The position numbers and the translations under genes are program-made. From the human T2T-CHM13v2.0 reference genome, Homo sapiens, in NCBI RefSeq assembly GCF_009914755.1, contig NC_060947.1: a DNA stretch of 64,000 nt. One strand, given 5' to 3'. This document shows, one piece after another, positions 30,950 to 48,439 of this stretch (position 1 is the first letter of the stretch; every line of letters begins with the position of its first letter). A model generated the notes under the pieces. It saw only the letters and a list, made by a program, of their open reading frames with translations. It did not search any database and had not been told where the DNA came from.

Positions 30950-32389
30950 GTAAGTGTGTACCACAGGATTAGTGCTAATTTTAAATTATTTTCATATTGT
31001 TCCTCATTGTTTAAAGTGTGCCTTAGTAAATAGCACAAATTGTTAAAAGAGCATAATATTCTATACTACACATGAAAACAACAGGGCAAAATTAAATATG
31101 ATAGGTACTGATATCAATTTAATCTCCATGTCACAAGTTTCTTCCCCAGGGTTAAGCCATACACAGAGAACAGACATGTTTAATTTGGGGGTAAGATTAG
31201 TAGCCATAGAAATTGAAATACTAAAATTTCAAAATGAATGTCTATTTGTAGCTTATCTGAAAAAATGTATAAGCCTTTTCTTAGATAGACACTGTTATGT
31301 TTTTTAAGATTAAAAATTGTACTGAATCTCACACTTGGTCCACTTCCCCTATCTCACACCAAAAGCATTTCAGAATCTTGCTAAATGCAAACCTGAATGC
31401 AAACGGGATGCTAGGAAACTGAGAGCATGGCTGAGTGTGTTTGTTCTGTTGAGGAAAGAGCATCATATGTAATAAATGCTCAATAATTATTTTTAAGGAA
31501 TGCAGTATTATGAGCTTTTACACCACTGTATTCAAACAGCACAACAGCACTGGGTTTGTAACAGTCAGAATGACCTTGGTCAAGTTATTTTATGCTACAG
31601 AGGCCAGTTTTATTTGGTTTTTACCTGTAAAAATGGGGATAAAATCTACCTATATTACAAAAGTATTTAGAAAAAGAAATGAAAACATTTAATTCTAACC
31701 AAGTTTCCTCAACCGTCATTAACTGATGGATTAAAATGTAATCCTATTATTAACACAGTTTTTAATAATTCTCGCCCCCACCTGCTGAGGCTGAACTTCC
31801 AACTCCTTTCCCCTAGATCTCTCTGATATATGTTTGAATATCCCCAGTGGGAGTCTCAAATGTACCCCTGAGAGGCCCTCTTCCATTTCTCCACCTGAAA
31901 TCCTTTCACTAATGCTTATGGCCTGCAACAGTGCAAGAGAATGAACTTTCTCCCACATGGCTGTGCTAATACTGAACCCTATGTTGTTACCTCCTGTTCC
32001 TGATGTTGGAGCTTCTCAGAGTACCTAAAGGGCACTGCTTTAGCTGAAGACCTCAATTACATGAAACTCATGTATTCAATGTGCAAATCAAAGGATGATC
32101 CTTGTCTTTTAGCCTAAAGCCCCTCTAACTCTAAAGCTCAATTACAAATCAACTTGCTGAGCTAGGGGTAGGGGTCATTATCTGAGACAAAAACTATGCT
32201 TTTACCTACATCTTGTCAGGAGAATTCACACACATGTTCATGTACATGCACATATTACCTCCTATCTCCATCCTCCTATAGAATGGATTTTCACATATAT
32301 GAGAGAGGGAAACTCGCTTATGTCTTGCTGCCAATCACAACCCTTTGAAATGTGATATTTGGTGGGGAAAGACCCTCTGTTTTTTCACT

Positions 32390-34282
<1,893 letters not shown>

Positions 34283-35199
34283 AGACCTCTCAGAGCTCTA
34301 ATCCAGTGTTTTCTTTTTTTCATATTTATTTGTTTTCCCAATGTTCCTGATATTATGCTATCTTGTAGTAGGGGATTAATATATGCTTGTTAACTTAATG
34401 TTATCTAAGTCTATATTATTACTGGAATTAAAAAGAATATTTAGATACAGTAAATCATAATGAGAATCATGAAAAATATTTATAAGTGCTTAGCTTTTAG
34501 GAAAATGGAATGAACAAGTTTCATTAACCACCCAACTTGACACTGAAAAATGTATGTCCTGCATACAGAGAAACAGTAATACGCCTTTCTCACATGATAG
34601 AGGAAAATATCAGTGAGAAATATTTCACTCATGCTGTGGCAAGAGAGTCACAAAAATACTGTGAAGATTTTGAGTAAATAACCACTTCCTGGGATGTCTG
34701 GAAACTTATATGAGACTCAGTTTTTCTTACACTGAAATAAACTTAGTGTTTTTTTAGCTAAGACAATTTGGGAAAATAGAATGCAATGAGAACAGATATG
34801 GAAATGTTTTAAATATACTAGAAATAGAATCAATAAATATTTTCAAATTTCGGCAATTTCAAAATACTTTAATGAAATATTTAGGACACTTAGGGATAAA
34901 TATTATAATCCATTCTTGGGATGATAAGATCAGGGGAGAGGTGTAGCAAGTGAAGAAAGAAGAGCAAGAGATAGAGAAATATAGATATTATGTCTGTAAA
35001 GATTTGCGTCTGTGCAGGAGATGATCTATAAATAATTTTAGAAGTTATCCATAGGGATAAATATGAAACAAAATGTCCTCTGTGAAGCATCAAATCATAA
35101 AAATTAGTCTATTTATTCTTAGGAAGAATATATATGCACACATATAAAAGAAAATAGGGATATTTTTTCCATTTTTTCTAAATATTACCATCTAGAGGT

Positions 35200-35620
35200 A
35201 TTTTGATACATATGTTGTTTGAAGTTTTCTAGACACATCCATACACACATATTTTCTTTCAAAAGAGAGATAACATTATCCACTTTCTTTTGTAAATTTA
35301 TCATTTAATATATTATTTATACCTTTCAATGCCATTAAATATGTTCTACAACATCATCTTAATGGTAGCATAGCATTATGTAGCTGTGGCATTTTCTCTT
35401 TATCACAAACAATACTGGAGTGAATATTCTTTTACATATCTCTTCGTGCACATGTCTAATTGTTACCTCTAGAAATTCCTAGGTGTGGAACTATTGTTTC
35501 AAAATAAATGATTTAACACTCATTTCAAAACACTTGTGAAGTGGCCAAATATCTTACAAAATAGCCATGTAAATTTATAATCCAGATGACCCATATAAGA
35601 GTGTTAGGAGATTATTCCTA
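35200..35620 (-). mobile_element. L1ME-class 3' fragment
   Basis: Highly diverged L1 phrases (GTGAATATTCTTTTACATATCTC, AGAAATTCCTAGGTGTGGAAC). Confidence 0.5.
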
Positions 35621-36485
35621 ACATTGTGTTGCAGAAAATAGGGCAATAAAAAATTGATCTGATGCACAGAAGTTCAGTGTACCTTTCATATTTGCCTATG
35701 ATGATTCAAGGTTTATAATATATAAAAATAATTATATTTTTACTTGACCTTCATCTCCAATTAGAATATGAGTTGTGGGTAGAGATATTTTATTTCCTAT
35801 TGCATTCCTATTATCAAACTTACATTCTTCATATAATAGGTATTGCAATATTTGTTAAAGTAATATTAGCAAATGGCACATGAAAATAATCTTGGTCACC
35901 TGAGCTTCAAGACATAGCATAAAATAAATTATAGCAGACAGTGGCAATCTACCAGCAGTTCACAATGGTATCCCATAGAGTGAAAGTAATGCAATTAAAG
36001 AAAATATAACAACAACCAAAACTCATTAAAGGGAAGGATTCTCTGTATATAGACATAACTCATTTTATAGTGCTTTGCTTTATTGCACTTGGCAGATATT
36101 GTGAGAGTTTTTGTTTTGTTTTATATTTTTTACAAATTGAAGAATGATGGCAATTCTGCATTGAGCAAGTAAGTAGGTGCCATTTACCAACAGCATGGAC
36201 TCAATTTGTGTCTCTGTGTCACATTTTGGCAATTCTCACAATACTTGAAACTTTTTCATTTTTATTGTATCTGTTGTGGTGATCTGCTATCAGTGATATT
36301 AGATGTTACTATTGTAATTGCTTTGGAGTGCCACACACAACAATATAAGACACCAAACTTAATAGATAAATGTTGTGTGTGTTCTGACTGCTCTACCCTA
36401 TAGCTATCCACTGATAGCTTTTCCCCCTATCTCCCTCTCTCCTTGGGCCTTCCTACTCCCTGAGACACAACAATGTTGAAATTAG

Positions 36486-36808
<323 letters not shown>

Positions 36809-36836
36809 TGAAATTAGGCTAATTGATAACCCTACA

Positions 36837-38200
36837 ATGGCCTCTAAGTGTTCAAGTGAAAGGAAGAATCACATGTCTCTCATTTTAAGTCATAAGCTAG
36901 AAATGATCAAACTTAGTGAGGAAGGCATTTCAAAAGCTGAGATAGGCCAAAACCTAGGCCTCTTTTGCCAAATAGTTAGACAAGTTGTAAATGCAAGGGA
37001 ACAGGTATTGAAGGAAATTAAAACTGCTACTCTAGTCAACGTATCAATGATAAGAAAGGGGAAAAAACCTCAGTGCTGATATGGAGAAAGTTTGAGTGGT
37101 CTGGAAAGATCAAACCAGCCGCAACATTCCTTTAAGCCAAAGCCTAATACAGACCAAGGCTTTAACGCTCTTCAATTCTGTGAAGGTTGAGAGAGGTGAT
37201 CAACTTGAAGAAGAAAAGCTGGAAGCTAACAGAGGTTATTTCATGAGGTTCAAGGAAAGAAGCCATCTCCATAACATAAAAGGTGCAACATGAAGTAGCA
37301 AGTGTTGATGGAGAAGCTGCAGCAAGTTATCCAGAAGATCTAGCTAAAATAATTGATGAAGGTGGCTACACTCAACAAAAAATTTTTAATGTAAATTAAA
37401 CAGCCTTCTATTGGAAGAAGAGGCCGTCTAGGACATTGATAGCCAGAGAGAATAAGTCAATGCTTGGCTTCAAAGCTTCAAAGAACATACTGATTCTCTT
37501 GTTAGGGGCTAAGGCAGTTGGTGACTTTAAGTTAAAGCCAGAATTCATTTACCATTCCTAAGATCTTAGAGCCTATAAGTATTTTGCTAAATTTACTCTG
37601 CCTGTGCCCTATAAATAGAAAAAAAAGCCTGCATGGTAGAACACCTATTTACAGAATGGTTTACTAAATATTTTAAGCCCACCATTGAGACTGCTACTCA
37701 GAAAACAAGATTTCTTTCAAAACATTACTGCTCATTGACAATGCACCTAGTTACCCAAGAGCTCTGATGGAAATATACAAAAAGATTAATATTGTTCTCA
37801 TACCTGCTAACAACACCCATTCTGCAGCCTATAGATCAAGGGGTAATTTTGACTTTCAATTCTTATTACTTTTATATTTTATAATGCTGTAGCTTCCATA
37901 GATAATTATTCCTCTGATAAATCTGGGCAAAGCAAATTGAAATCATTCTGGAAAGGATTCGCCATTCTAGATGTCATTAAAAGTATTCATAAGTCATGGG
38001 AGGATTTAAAAATATCAATATTACCAAAAAATTTAAAAGAAATTGATTCTAAACTTGATAGATGACTTTGTGGGGTTTAAGATTTCATTGGAGGAAGTCA
38101 CTACAGATGTGGTGAAAATAGAAAGAACAAGAATTAGAAGTGGAGCCTGAAGATGTGACTGAATTGCTGCAATTTCATCATAAAAGTTTAGTGGATGAAG
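36837..38200 (+). pseudogene. Tigger1 transposase remnant (CENP-B-like HTH plus DDE_1)
   Basis: ORF pieces 36837-37079 and 37096-37293 ([29 protein letters not shown]). End coordinate is approximate. Confidence 0.85.
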
Positions 38201-39709
38201 AATTACTTATTATGGATGAGCAAAGAAAGTGATTTCTTGAGATGGAATCTATTCCTGGAAGATGGCTAAACATTGTTGAAATGATAGCAAAGACTTTAGA
38301 ATATTACATAAATTTAGATGTTAAAGTAGTGCCAAGGATTGAGAGTATTGGCTCCAATTTTGAAAGAAGTTCTACAGTGGATAAAATGCTATCAAACAGC
38401 ATCACATGCTACAGAGAAATCTTTTGTAAAATGAAGAGTCAATCAACATGGCAAACTTCTTTCTTGTATTATTTTAAGAAATTACCATAGCCACCCCAAC
38501 CTTCAGGAACTACTACCCTAATTAGTCAGTAGTCATCAGTATCAAGGCAAGACCCTCCACCAGCAAAAAGATCATGACTCGCTGAGGGCTCAGATGATCA
38601 TTAGCAATTATTTAGCAATACATTATTTTTAATTAAGGTATGTACATTTTTTAGACATAATGCTACTGCACACTTAATAGCCTACAGTGTAGTGTAAACA
38701 TAACTTTTATATGCACTGGAAAGCCAAAAAATCTATGTGACTTGCTTTATTGTGATATTTGCTTTATTGTAGTCGTCTGGATCCTAACCTGCAATATATC
38801 TGACATATACCTGTATATGTACTATTAAGAAATAAAAGCTCATGTGTCATGTTTTCCAAATAATTAAATAGTAATAAAAATGAGTGATAGCTTCTTTCAT
38901 CAATAATTATATTTTTTGTGTTCTGACGTTAATTTCCTCTTAAAACAAATATTAAAATTGTGTATGTTTACAATATTACTTACTTATGCAAGTTTGCAGC
39001 AAAAATAAGAAACCAGTCTTTTCTTAAATTGTGTGCAACCTCTGCAAAGCCTCTAACATTTTAGACAATAAAGCAAATACAGTTTTTATTTAATAAGGAA
39101 CCTCAGAGAAAATTGGGAGGCTTATTTCACAAATGTTTCTTCTGGAAAGGCCAATATTATATTTGAATACATGTAGTTGCTATAAGAGACACTTACTACT
39201 TTATATTATAGTATAAGAAAGAGCCATTTAACCTTCCAAGTAAACAGCTTACATGATTTTAAGTCAGATCTATCCAAGTAACAGATACCATATTTTAACC
39301 TGGATGGAAAATATTCTATGGTGTAAAAGTGTCAAGATAGGCTGAATAATTTAGATCTTTCTAACTCAGAAAAACCTGCCTGTAACACAGCATATTTGTT
39401 TTTCAATATTATTTTGTAGAATGTGCTATATAAGCAATTGAAAGATTATAATTTTTTTGAATTCTGGTTTGAAAGATAATTTTGTTTTCTATGCTTCTGT
39501 GATGTAAGGCAAAAACCCTGGACAATTTGTAACAGAATTGTTTTCATCATGTGCCATCTTTTATCTCTATGGCATATTTACACATTAATGTCATTTTAAA
39601 ATGAATACAAGTCCAATGCTATTTCCTTTCATTGTAACATATTATCCACACAAGAGATTAAAGGGGCTCATTTGTTTCCACAATGAAGACTAGACCCTGT
39701 CCTTTAGAC

Positions 39710-39880
39710 TAGTGCTTTTCAAACTTTAATGTACATATGAATCAATGGAAGAAACTTGTTGAAATGCAGATTCTGATTTAGTATATCTAGGTAGGGACCA
39801 AAGATTTTGAACTTTGAACCAGCTTCCTAATGATACTTTCAGATACTGCTGGTTCAAGAACCACACTTGGAATAGTGAGC
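39710..39880. mobile_element. MER5B/MER5A-like element
   Basis: AGTGCTTTTCAAACTTTAATGTACATATGAATCA...AAATGCAGATTCTGATT...ACCACACTTGGAATAG. Confidence 0.8.
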
Positions 39881-41071
39881 CTTTACAATTAAAAAGTTCA
39901 TGATGTGTGTGGGGAGGGAGAGTAGAGAAAGGGGTGGGGTGGGGGGCGGTGTTAAAGGAACGATACAAGGTAACCCATAAAAAATGTTGCAGGTTTCACC
40001 TGACAGATACAGATGTTGACCTACTGATTTTCATTCTGTGAGTGACTGGTTGGTTCTTTATTTTGTTGTTAATCCTTTGATTATTAAGAATAAGTAGAAA
40101 CACACCTTTTCTTGTCTGTTAAGCTACAACTAGGTTAGGTTGTACAGGAAGTTCAATGAGTAAATATGCAAACCATCTTTTTAATAACCCCCAAATAAAT
40201 AAAGAAATGTACTAAGCAAAAATAAAGCTAAAAGTAAGATTTATTTTGGGAAAAATAAGTCAAACTGTGGTTTTAGAGGTCTGTTTTATAATATCAAGGA
40301 GATTCAGGCAGAGAAGGACACAGTACTAGATAGCTTATATGTAACTGTGAGAGAACAAAGACAAACTAGAAGCCACAAAAGTCAAGGTCAGCTTGAGCAA
40401 ATCAAATTCTGGCTGACTCAAATATGTTGTTAGTAAGCAGTTATTAGGAGTTATGGCTTTGTTTAAAAATACTAAATAATAAGGAAGATTGAAAAAGAGA
40501 ATAACTGCTTATCAGGATACTTAAAAATAGAAAGCAAATCATCTTTATTCTTCTGTGAGCATTTTATGTTATGAAAGATAATGCCCAGTAATTCTTTTCT
40601 TGAATAATCATTACCATACTGATTAATTTATCACATTTCACTTCAAATATTGCTATTTTGTTATTTTACATATAAAAGGTACAGACTTCTATAGCATGAA
40701 TTTGATCTCAAGTATACAAACTGAATTGATAGAAACCATGATGTCCTTTCACTAATAAAGAATAGATTTGCAAGGCATATGTTATCAGTCTAGAGTGCTC
40801 CTTCTTAATGTGATGGCTATGGTTCTGAAGGCTTTCAAGATAAAGATGTAGTTCCAGTCAGTAAGGCTTCTTCCCAAGCAAGGAAAGTCCCTTTCCACGT
40901 AAGCCATCACTACATTTTTACCAACATGCAAATCACAAGATTGCTGGGCATGGGGAAAAAGTATCTCTACCAGGGACAAATAGCCTATAGAAATGAGAAA
41001 AAAATGAAATAAGACTTAATCCTACATACATCCTGCCAGCTAACATGTTTGTCAGCATATAAGATGCATCC

Positions 41072-41880
<809 letters not shown>

Positions 41881-42245
41881 TAGTCTATATTTCCCAATTT
41901 TACAAAACAAGATCGTAGGAGAAATGCCTATCTTTTAAAATAATAATATTCATGTTGCCTCACTCCATCATAAAAAGTGGGTATTGTCAAACAGTAAAGG
42001 GAAAATGATCACATGCTTAACAAATTAATAATATAAAACATTTATTGCTTTTTAATATTATGGAGCTTTCTGTTGAAAAGTATCCCTGGTCTCGGCCTTT
42101 CCAATCCCCAAAACTATCACTGACTGTTAGAATCTCTTTCTAAGACAAGCTTCATTCACAGAGCTCTACCATTATATTTTTTCCTCAGAGAATGATTATT
42201 TACTTACCCAGTTTTGGTTAGTCTAAATAACTTACCCAATATTTC

Positions 42246-42246
<1 letters not shown>

Positions 42247-42276
<30 letters not shown>

Positions 42277-42827
42277 TTTTTTATTTTTATTATACTTTAA
42301 GTTCTAGGGTACATGTGCACAATGTGCAGGTTAGTTACATATGTATACATGCGCCATGTTAGTGTGCTGCACCCATTAACTCATCATTTACATTAGGTAT
42401 ATCTCCTAATGCTATCCCTCCCCCGCCCCCGCTCCATGACAGACCCTGGTGTGTGATGTTCCCCTTCCTGTGTCCAAGTGTTCTCATTGTTCAATCCCCA
42501 CCTATGAGTGAGAATATGCAGTGTTTGGTTTTCTGTCCTTGCGATAGTTTGCTGAGAATGATGGTTTCCAGCTTCATCCATGTCCCTACAAAGGACATGA
42601 ACTCATCCTTTTTTATGGCTGCATAGTATTCCATGGTGTATACATGCCACATTTTCTTAATCCAGTCTATCATTGCTGGACATTTGGGTTGGTTCCAAGT
42701 CTTTGCCATTGTGAATAGTGCTGCAATAAACATACGTGTGCATGTGTCTTTATAGCAGCATGATTTATAATCCTTTGGGTATATACCCAGTAATGGGATG
42801 GCTGGGTCAAATGGTATTTCTAGTTCT
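42247..42827 (-). mobile_element. 5'-truncated L1PA4/5-like (about 580 bp)
   Basis: L1PA 3' end with a (TTTA)n tail. 20-bp TSD ATAAC(T/C)TACCCAATATTTCT at 42227-42246 and 42828-42847. Confidence 0.95.
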
Positions 42828-43400
42828 ATAACCTACCCAATATTTCTAAAAAGAAAGCAAGAAACAAATTTCTCTAGTCTCAATTACATAATCTTTGTTT
42901 TATAGTGTTTTTTTTGTTTGTTTGTTTTTTTAGTTTGTGACTACCATACTTCCTGAGTTTTGTTTGGTTTTATTTTTGTTTGTTTGTTTGTTTAGTGCTT
43001 CTTAAAATATTCCCTGATGTTTTCATTTATTTCTAAGAGATTGGTTCAGTCAGGGCCCCGATTTCAAGTAACAAACTTACAGCTGAACTCAATTATGCTA
43101 AAGTCCTGCTTATTGACTGGACTATCTGGAGAGGGTGAGTTGGAGCTGGCCTGAAAGAGCACCGGAATTAGTAAGCAAAATGCTATGGGGCATTCCCCTC
43201 TATCTCTCATCTCTGCTTGTCTTCAAGTGCCAAATTATGCTCTCAAAACAATATCTTCCCATGAAGTGGGTTGTTGCTGCAGGCTCTTTTGAGCTTACAT
43301 CCTTTTAGTGTTGTGACGGGTGCTGATAGAATTGGTTTAGCTCTTTCATCACCGTTTAAAGAATATCAAGGAAAGAATCTACATAACCCAGCTTGGGTCT

Positions 43401-43815
43401 TGCTATGGTTCAGACATAGTTTGTTTGTCCCCAACAAGTCTTATGTTGAAATCTGATCCCCCAGTGTTGGAGGGGGACCTGGTGGGAGGTGTTTGGGTTA
43501 TGAGAAGGGATCTTTCATGAATGGGTTGGTGTTGTCCTCCTAGGAGTGAGTGAGTTCTCACTCAATTCCCGCAGGAACTGGTTATTGGAAAGAGCCTGAC
43601 CTCCTCCTGTCTCCTCCTTCCTCTCTCATCGCTCTGACATCACTTCCCTTCCCTTTCTGCCATAAGTGGAAGCAGTCTTAGGCCTTCATCAGAAACAGAT
43701 GCTGGTGCCATGCTTCTTGTATAGTCTGCAGAACTGTGAGCCAAGTAAATCTCTTTTCTTTATTAATTACTCAACATTAGGCATTCCTTTATGGCAACAC
43801 AAATGGACTAAAACA
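43401..43815 (+). mobile_element. MSTB/MSTC-like MaLR solo LTR nested in an older MLT1
   Basis: TGCTATGGTT start, CAGATGCTGGTGCCATGCTTCTTGTA, and ATGGACTAAAACA end. Confidence 0.87.
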
Positions 43816-46020
43816 GGTTCTGTGTCCATTCTTTAGGTCAAACACACTGGGGAGGGGGTGGTATGAGGTTCTGAGATTACCCAATGTGGGTTATGTTTTG
43901 TCCAAAATACAGAGGATTCTGTTATGTTAACATAATCACAGGCATGGCCGCTTAACAATCTGTAATCCAGGTGGTCATACTAATTTGTGCCTACCACAAT
44001 AACAGGGTAAATTCTACCAGTAGTTGGTTGCTACTGAGTACCTTTCTACATACAGTCTGGTAACTGTTAAAAAATAAACCTTCTGATTTTTCTGATAACT
44101 TTTATTTTTTCACCAAATTCATCTTTATTCTGCCTCAAATAACTGCTATATACTTCTCATTTAATTTACTAAATCCTTAAGTACTATTAAGTAATATTTC
44201 CTGTGACATTAGTAAGAATGCTTTATCAGCAATTTCTAATGTGCTTTAAAGCTTAGGACTCTCTTCTCTGCCATATTCCAAATTCACATCCTTAAAGGGG
44301 AAGCGCTCTTGAATACACAAAAAGAATCAATTTCTAAATATTATAGTGAACATTTTTATCTGTCCAGCATCGATTCCACTCTCTTTTGATAATAGTTTTC
44401 CATCCTCAGTCAGATAAAAACCTACTTTCAATGATGTCAATCCAGAGGAAGGAGAACCAAGAGACAGAAGAAATCCAAGACCCAGAGATATTTTTGAGAT
44501 CTTGAAAAGCCATACCTGGTCTTCACAGCTTCTCGGACTGTGCATTCCCATTTGCTAAATATAATTTTGTCTGTGTTTTCTGTCACTTTCAACTAAAATA
44601 ATTCTAACTGAAATACACAATTACTCAGTAGTATTAATATAATTAGGGAGCATCATTTTCAAAATAAGTCATGAATTGAGTTCACTGAAATCTCAAGGCA
44701 TGTCAATTTTTAAAACAGTGAACCCAGTATGAAGTATTGAAATGTACAGGCTATACTAAAAGTGGTTTTAATTAAGCTCATAAACAGCCTATCTTAATAT
44801 AGGATGAAAATCTTCAGAATGAAAATACCTTCCTAAGGGAAAACAAAATTCTGTATACAATGTTAGAAACTGACAAACTAGAGAGAAGCATGCTGAAATA
44901 TATCAAAGCAATTTTCACATATATAAAGATTCCATATCAAACAGTGTTTGCTTCTAAGCAAATATATTTACTGTAAAATAATCTGTCAATATTATTAGGA
45001 TGGAAATGTTCCATGAGGGCAACAGTTTGTACAGATCAGCTTATCTAAAGGTAGTCAAAGGACTGAGGTAATGCCAAGCACAGGGCCCGGGCCATTTGGG
45101 TAATCGTTTTTAAACATTCCTTTGGCTATACTAATTAATTATTCAGTGATATTCGCATGATTTTCCCTGGCTTGCCATCAGTTAAAATACAACATTTGCC
45201 AAGCATACCACTCAAGAAGATGAAGAACACTACGTTTTCCTACACACTCCCAACATAATGTTGGAACAATTTCATTAGGTCTTCGACTTTCATTTTAAGA
45301 AACTCCACCTTCAAGTTTTCACAGCCACTGCCTCTTTGTAGCTTCACAGAGAGAGGCGAGTATTGCAATGCATTACAATAGGAAAGCCTAAGAAGGATAA
45401 ATGGATTGAGTACTACTGCCAGTTAATCACTTTGAGAAAATGGCCTTCACCTATAGCAGGAATAAAAGAGGTTGGCAAAAAGTTATTTCTGACTAATGCA
45501 GTCTGAAGACTTGTGGCCAAGACAACTACAGGGCGAAACTTTATATTTGATAAATAAAATCCCTCAATTTCAGATAAAGTGTAATTCACAGTTATTTGCT
45601 CAAAATCTCTCACATTGCCTTTTCTCGTGTCAAATTTGAATTTCCAGTTGGAGTGATAAGAAAAAAATGTCTGCACATTATTTGAATTAGTTACGAAGCT
45701 AGCAACTGCTGCTATACTACTTTACATTGAAGAAAGATGAAATTTCTCCTTAGGACATCTTCACTTAAATGCACAGTTGAGGCCTATCAGAGTCCCCACA
45801 AGCCCTGAAGAAGTTTTGGGTAACTTTATCATCCCAACCCCACCACACACATACACACACACAAACACACACTCACACAGTAATATGCACACACTACTCC
45901 TAAAGAAGCTGGCTAGGAAGTATTTTTAAATACTTATGTTAAATTTATATTATTATACTTTATTTTCTGAAAACTTCTAATGAATCCAAATATCAACCCG
46001 AATTTTAGACAAGATTTGGG

Positions 46021-46730
<710 letters not shown>

Positions 46731-46884
46731 CCTTTTATTTTTTATTTTATGCGTATATAGTACATGTATATATTAATGGGGTTAATCACCCTTAAATCAC
46801 CCATCACAACTCACAAATTTCCAAACTTTTCCAAATGTGGATCATTATCAGAATCAAATTAATTATTGGCTTAGTGAATTAGAA

Positions 46885-47060
46885 TAACATAGTAGTTAAA
46901 AGCATGGATGTTTATGTCAGACATACTTTCCACTTATTATGTTGAGTGACATTTGGCAAGTTAACTTTCTTATGCCTCAGTTTAACAGTTTAATTGTCTG
47001 TAAAACTGGAATACAGACCTGTCATTATTAAGAGATTAAAGAAAGTGTGAAAGTGTGTAT
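46885..47060 (+). mobile_element. MIR
   Basis: GTGACATTTGGCAAGTTAACTTTCTTATGCCTCAGTTT. Confidence 0.7.
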
Positions 47061-48439
47061 GAGTGTAACTTATTACATTTCCAAAATAAATACTGATGGT
47101 ATTATTTTACTTATTGTGCCCCCCTTCCTATTTCTAGTAAAAATAAAATTCATATTAGTCAATAATATTAATTATGTGGGCTTTTTCTGCTTAGACAAAA
47201 TTAGAAAAAGCAAAATACTAGAAAACTAGGGCCTAAAGGTTGAATAGAAGCTGGAGAAATAGAATGCATCACCTCTGCCAAGGAGAGATAGAGAGCCCAG
47301 CAGTAGTTAGTACCTCTGAAAAACCTATAAAGATGTGCACACTGACTTTCTCATGTTCATGTTCAGAGAGCATGAAGCCGTTGTACAATAATGTCAGTCA
47401 AGAGAGAACTTTCCTATTTCCCTTACTGTTCATCTCTCCCAATGCTTTGACATTGGCAGGGGTTCAGGAATCTGAAGGTGGAGTAGAAATGTTAGGCAGG
47501 GAGAGAAAATGATGCCACCCATACTCCCTTTTTCAAATTACAGGTTTCCACTTGCAGCAGGCCGCGGTTGTAGAAAGGTCAAAGAAGATTTATCTACAAA
47601 TTGAGATGAAAGGATTGAACAGTATTTTGGACCGGGTGCTCTCAATTCAGAATTGAGGCTTTATTTGTGACTTAGTGTGAACATAGGACTTTCTGCTTTT
47701 TAAGAGTAAGCTGAGAAATCAAGGGACCTGCCCTTTTTAACACCCAATGGAAAGTGAACTACACTCACTCATAGGTACTGAAGAGAATGAAATTGGAATT
47801 GCTTTTATGAATATTCCATGTGATTCTTTCTTGTTCCAAGTAATTTTTTTTATCATTTAAAGTCAAACTCTAAAAATGTGAAATTTGGAATCTTGATCTG
47901 AAAAGGAGTAATATTTTAGTAAATGTAATGGTTAGATTTAGAAGACACAGAAGAATTGAAATATCCAAAACACTCTCTAAAATTCCATTATATCACCTTT
48001 GCCTCCATAAACTGTCCCCCATCTCTTGGTTGAGGAAGATAACATGTCCCTTTTTGTCACAATGGTTGCTTGACTGGGAATCAGCATCCAAATTCAACAT
48101 GACCTGGTGGGGAGAGATACTGAAGTACGGAGCAAAAATAGTTAAAAGAAGCATTCAAGCAAAGCTATTTGAGGGATTTTGCTAAAAAACATTGTAAAAT
48201 TTTGGCAAATAATCATGAAAACAGATTGTGAAAATGCCGGACAAAGGAAGGTGTAATGTATTTCTAAACCAGACTGATTATTTTACATGTATTAATTTAG
48301 TAGAAGCTATGTATTCAGTGTGCTAGTTGGTTAGCCGGTTGAAATTTTAATGGTTTTCTAGTTGACTAGTGCAAACTTGAATGTCATTATGTTAAGCACT
48401 TTAAATCATATTGACATGGTATAGAAGGTAGTTAAATTC

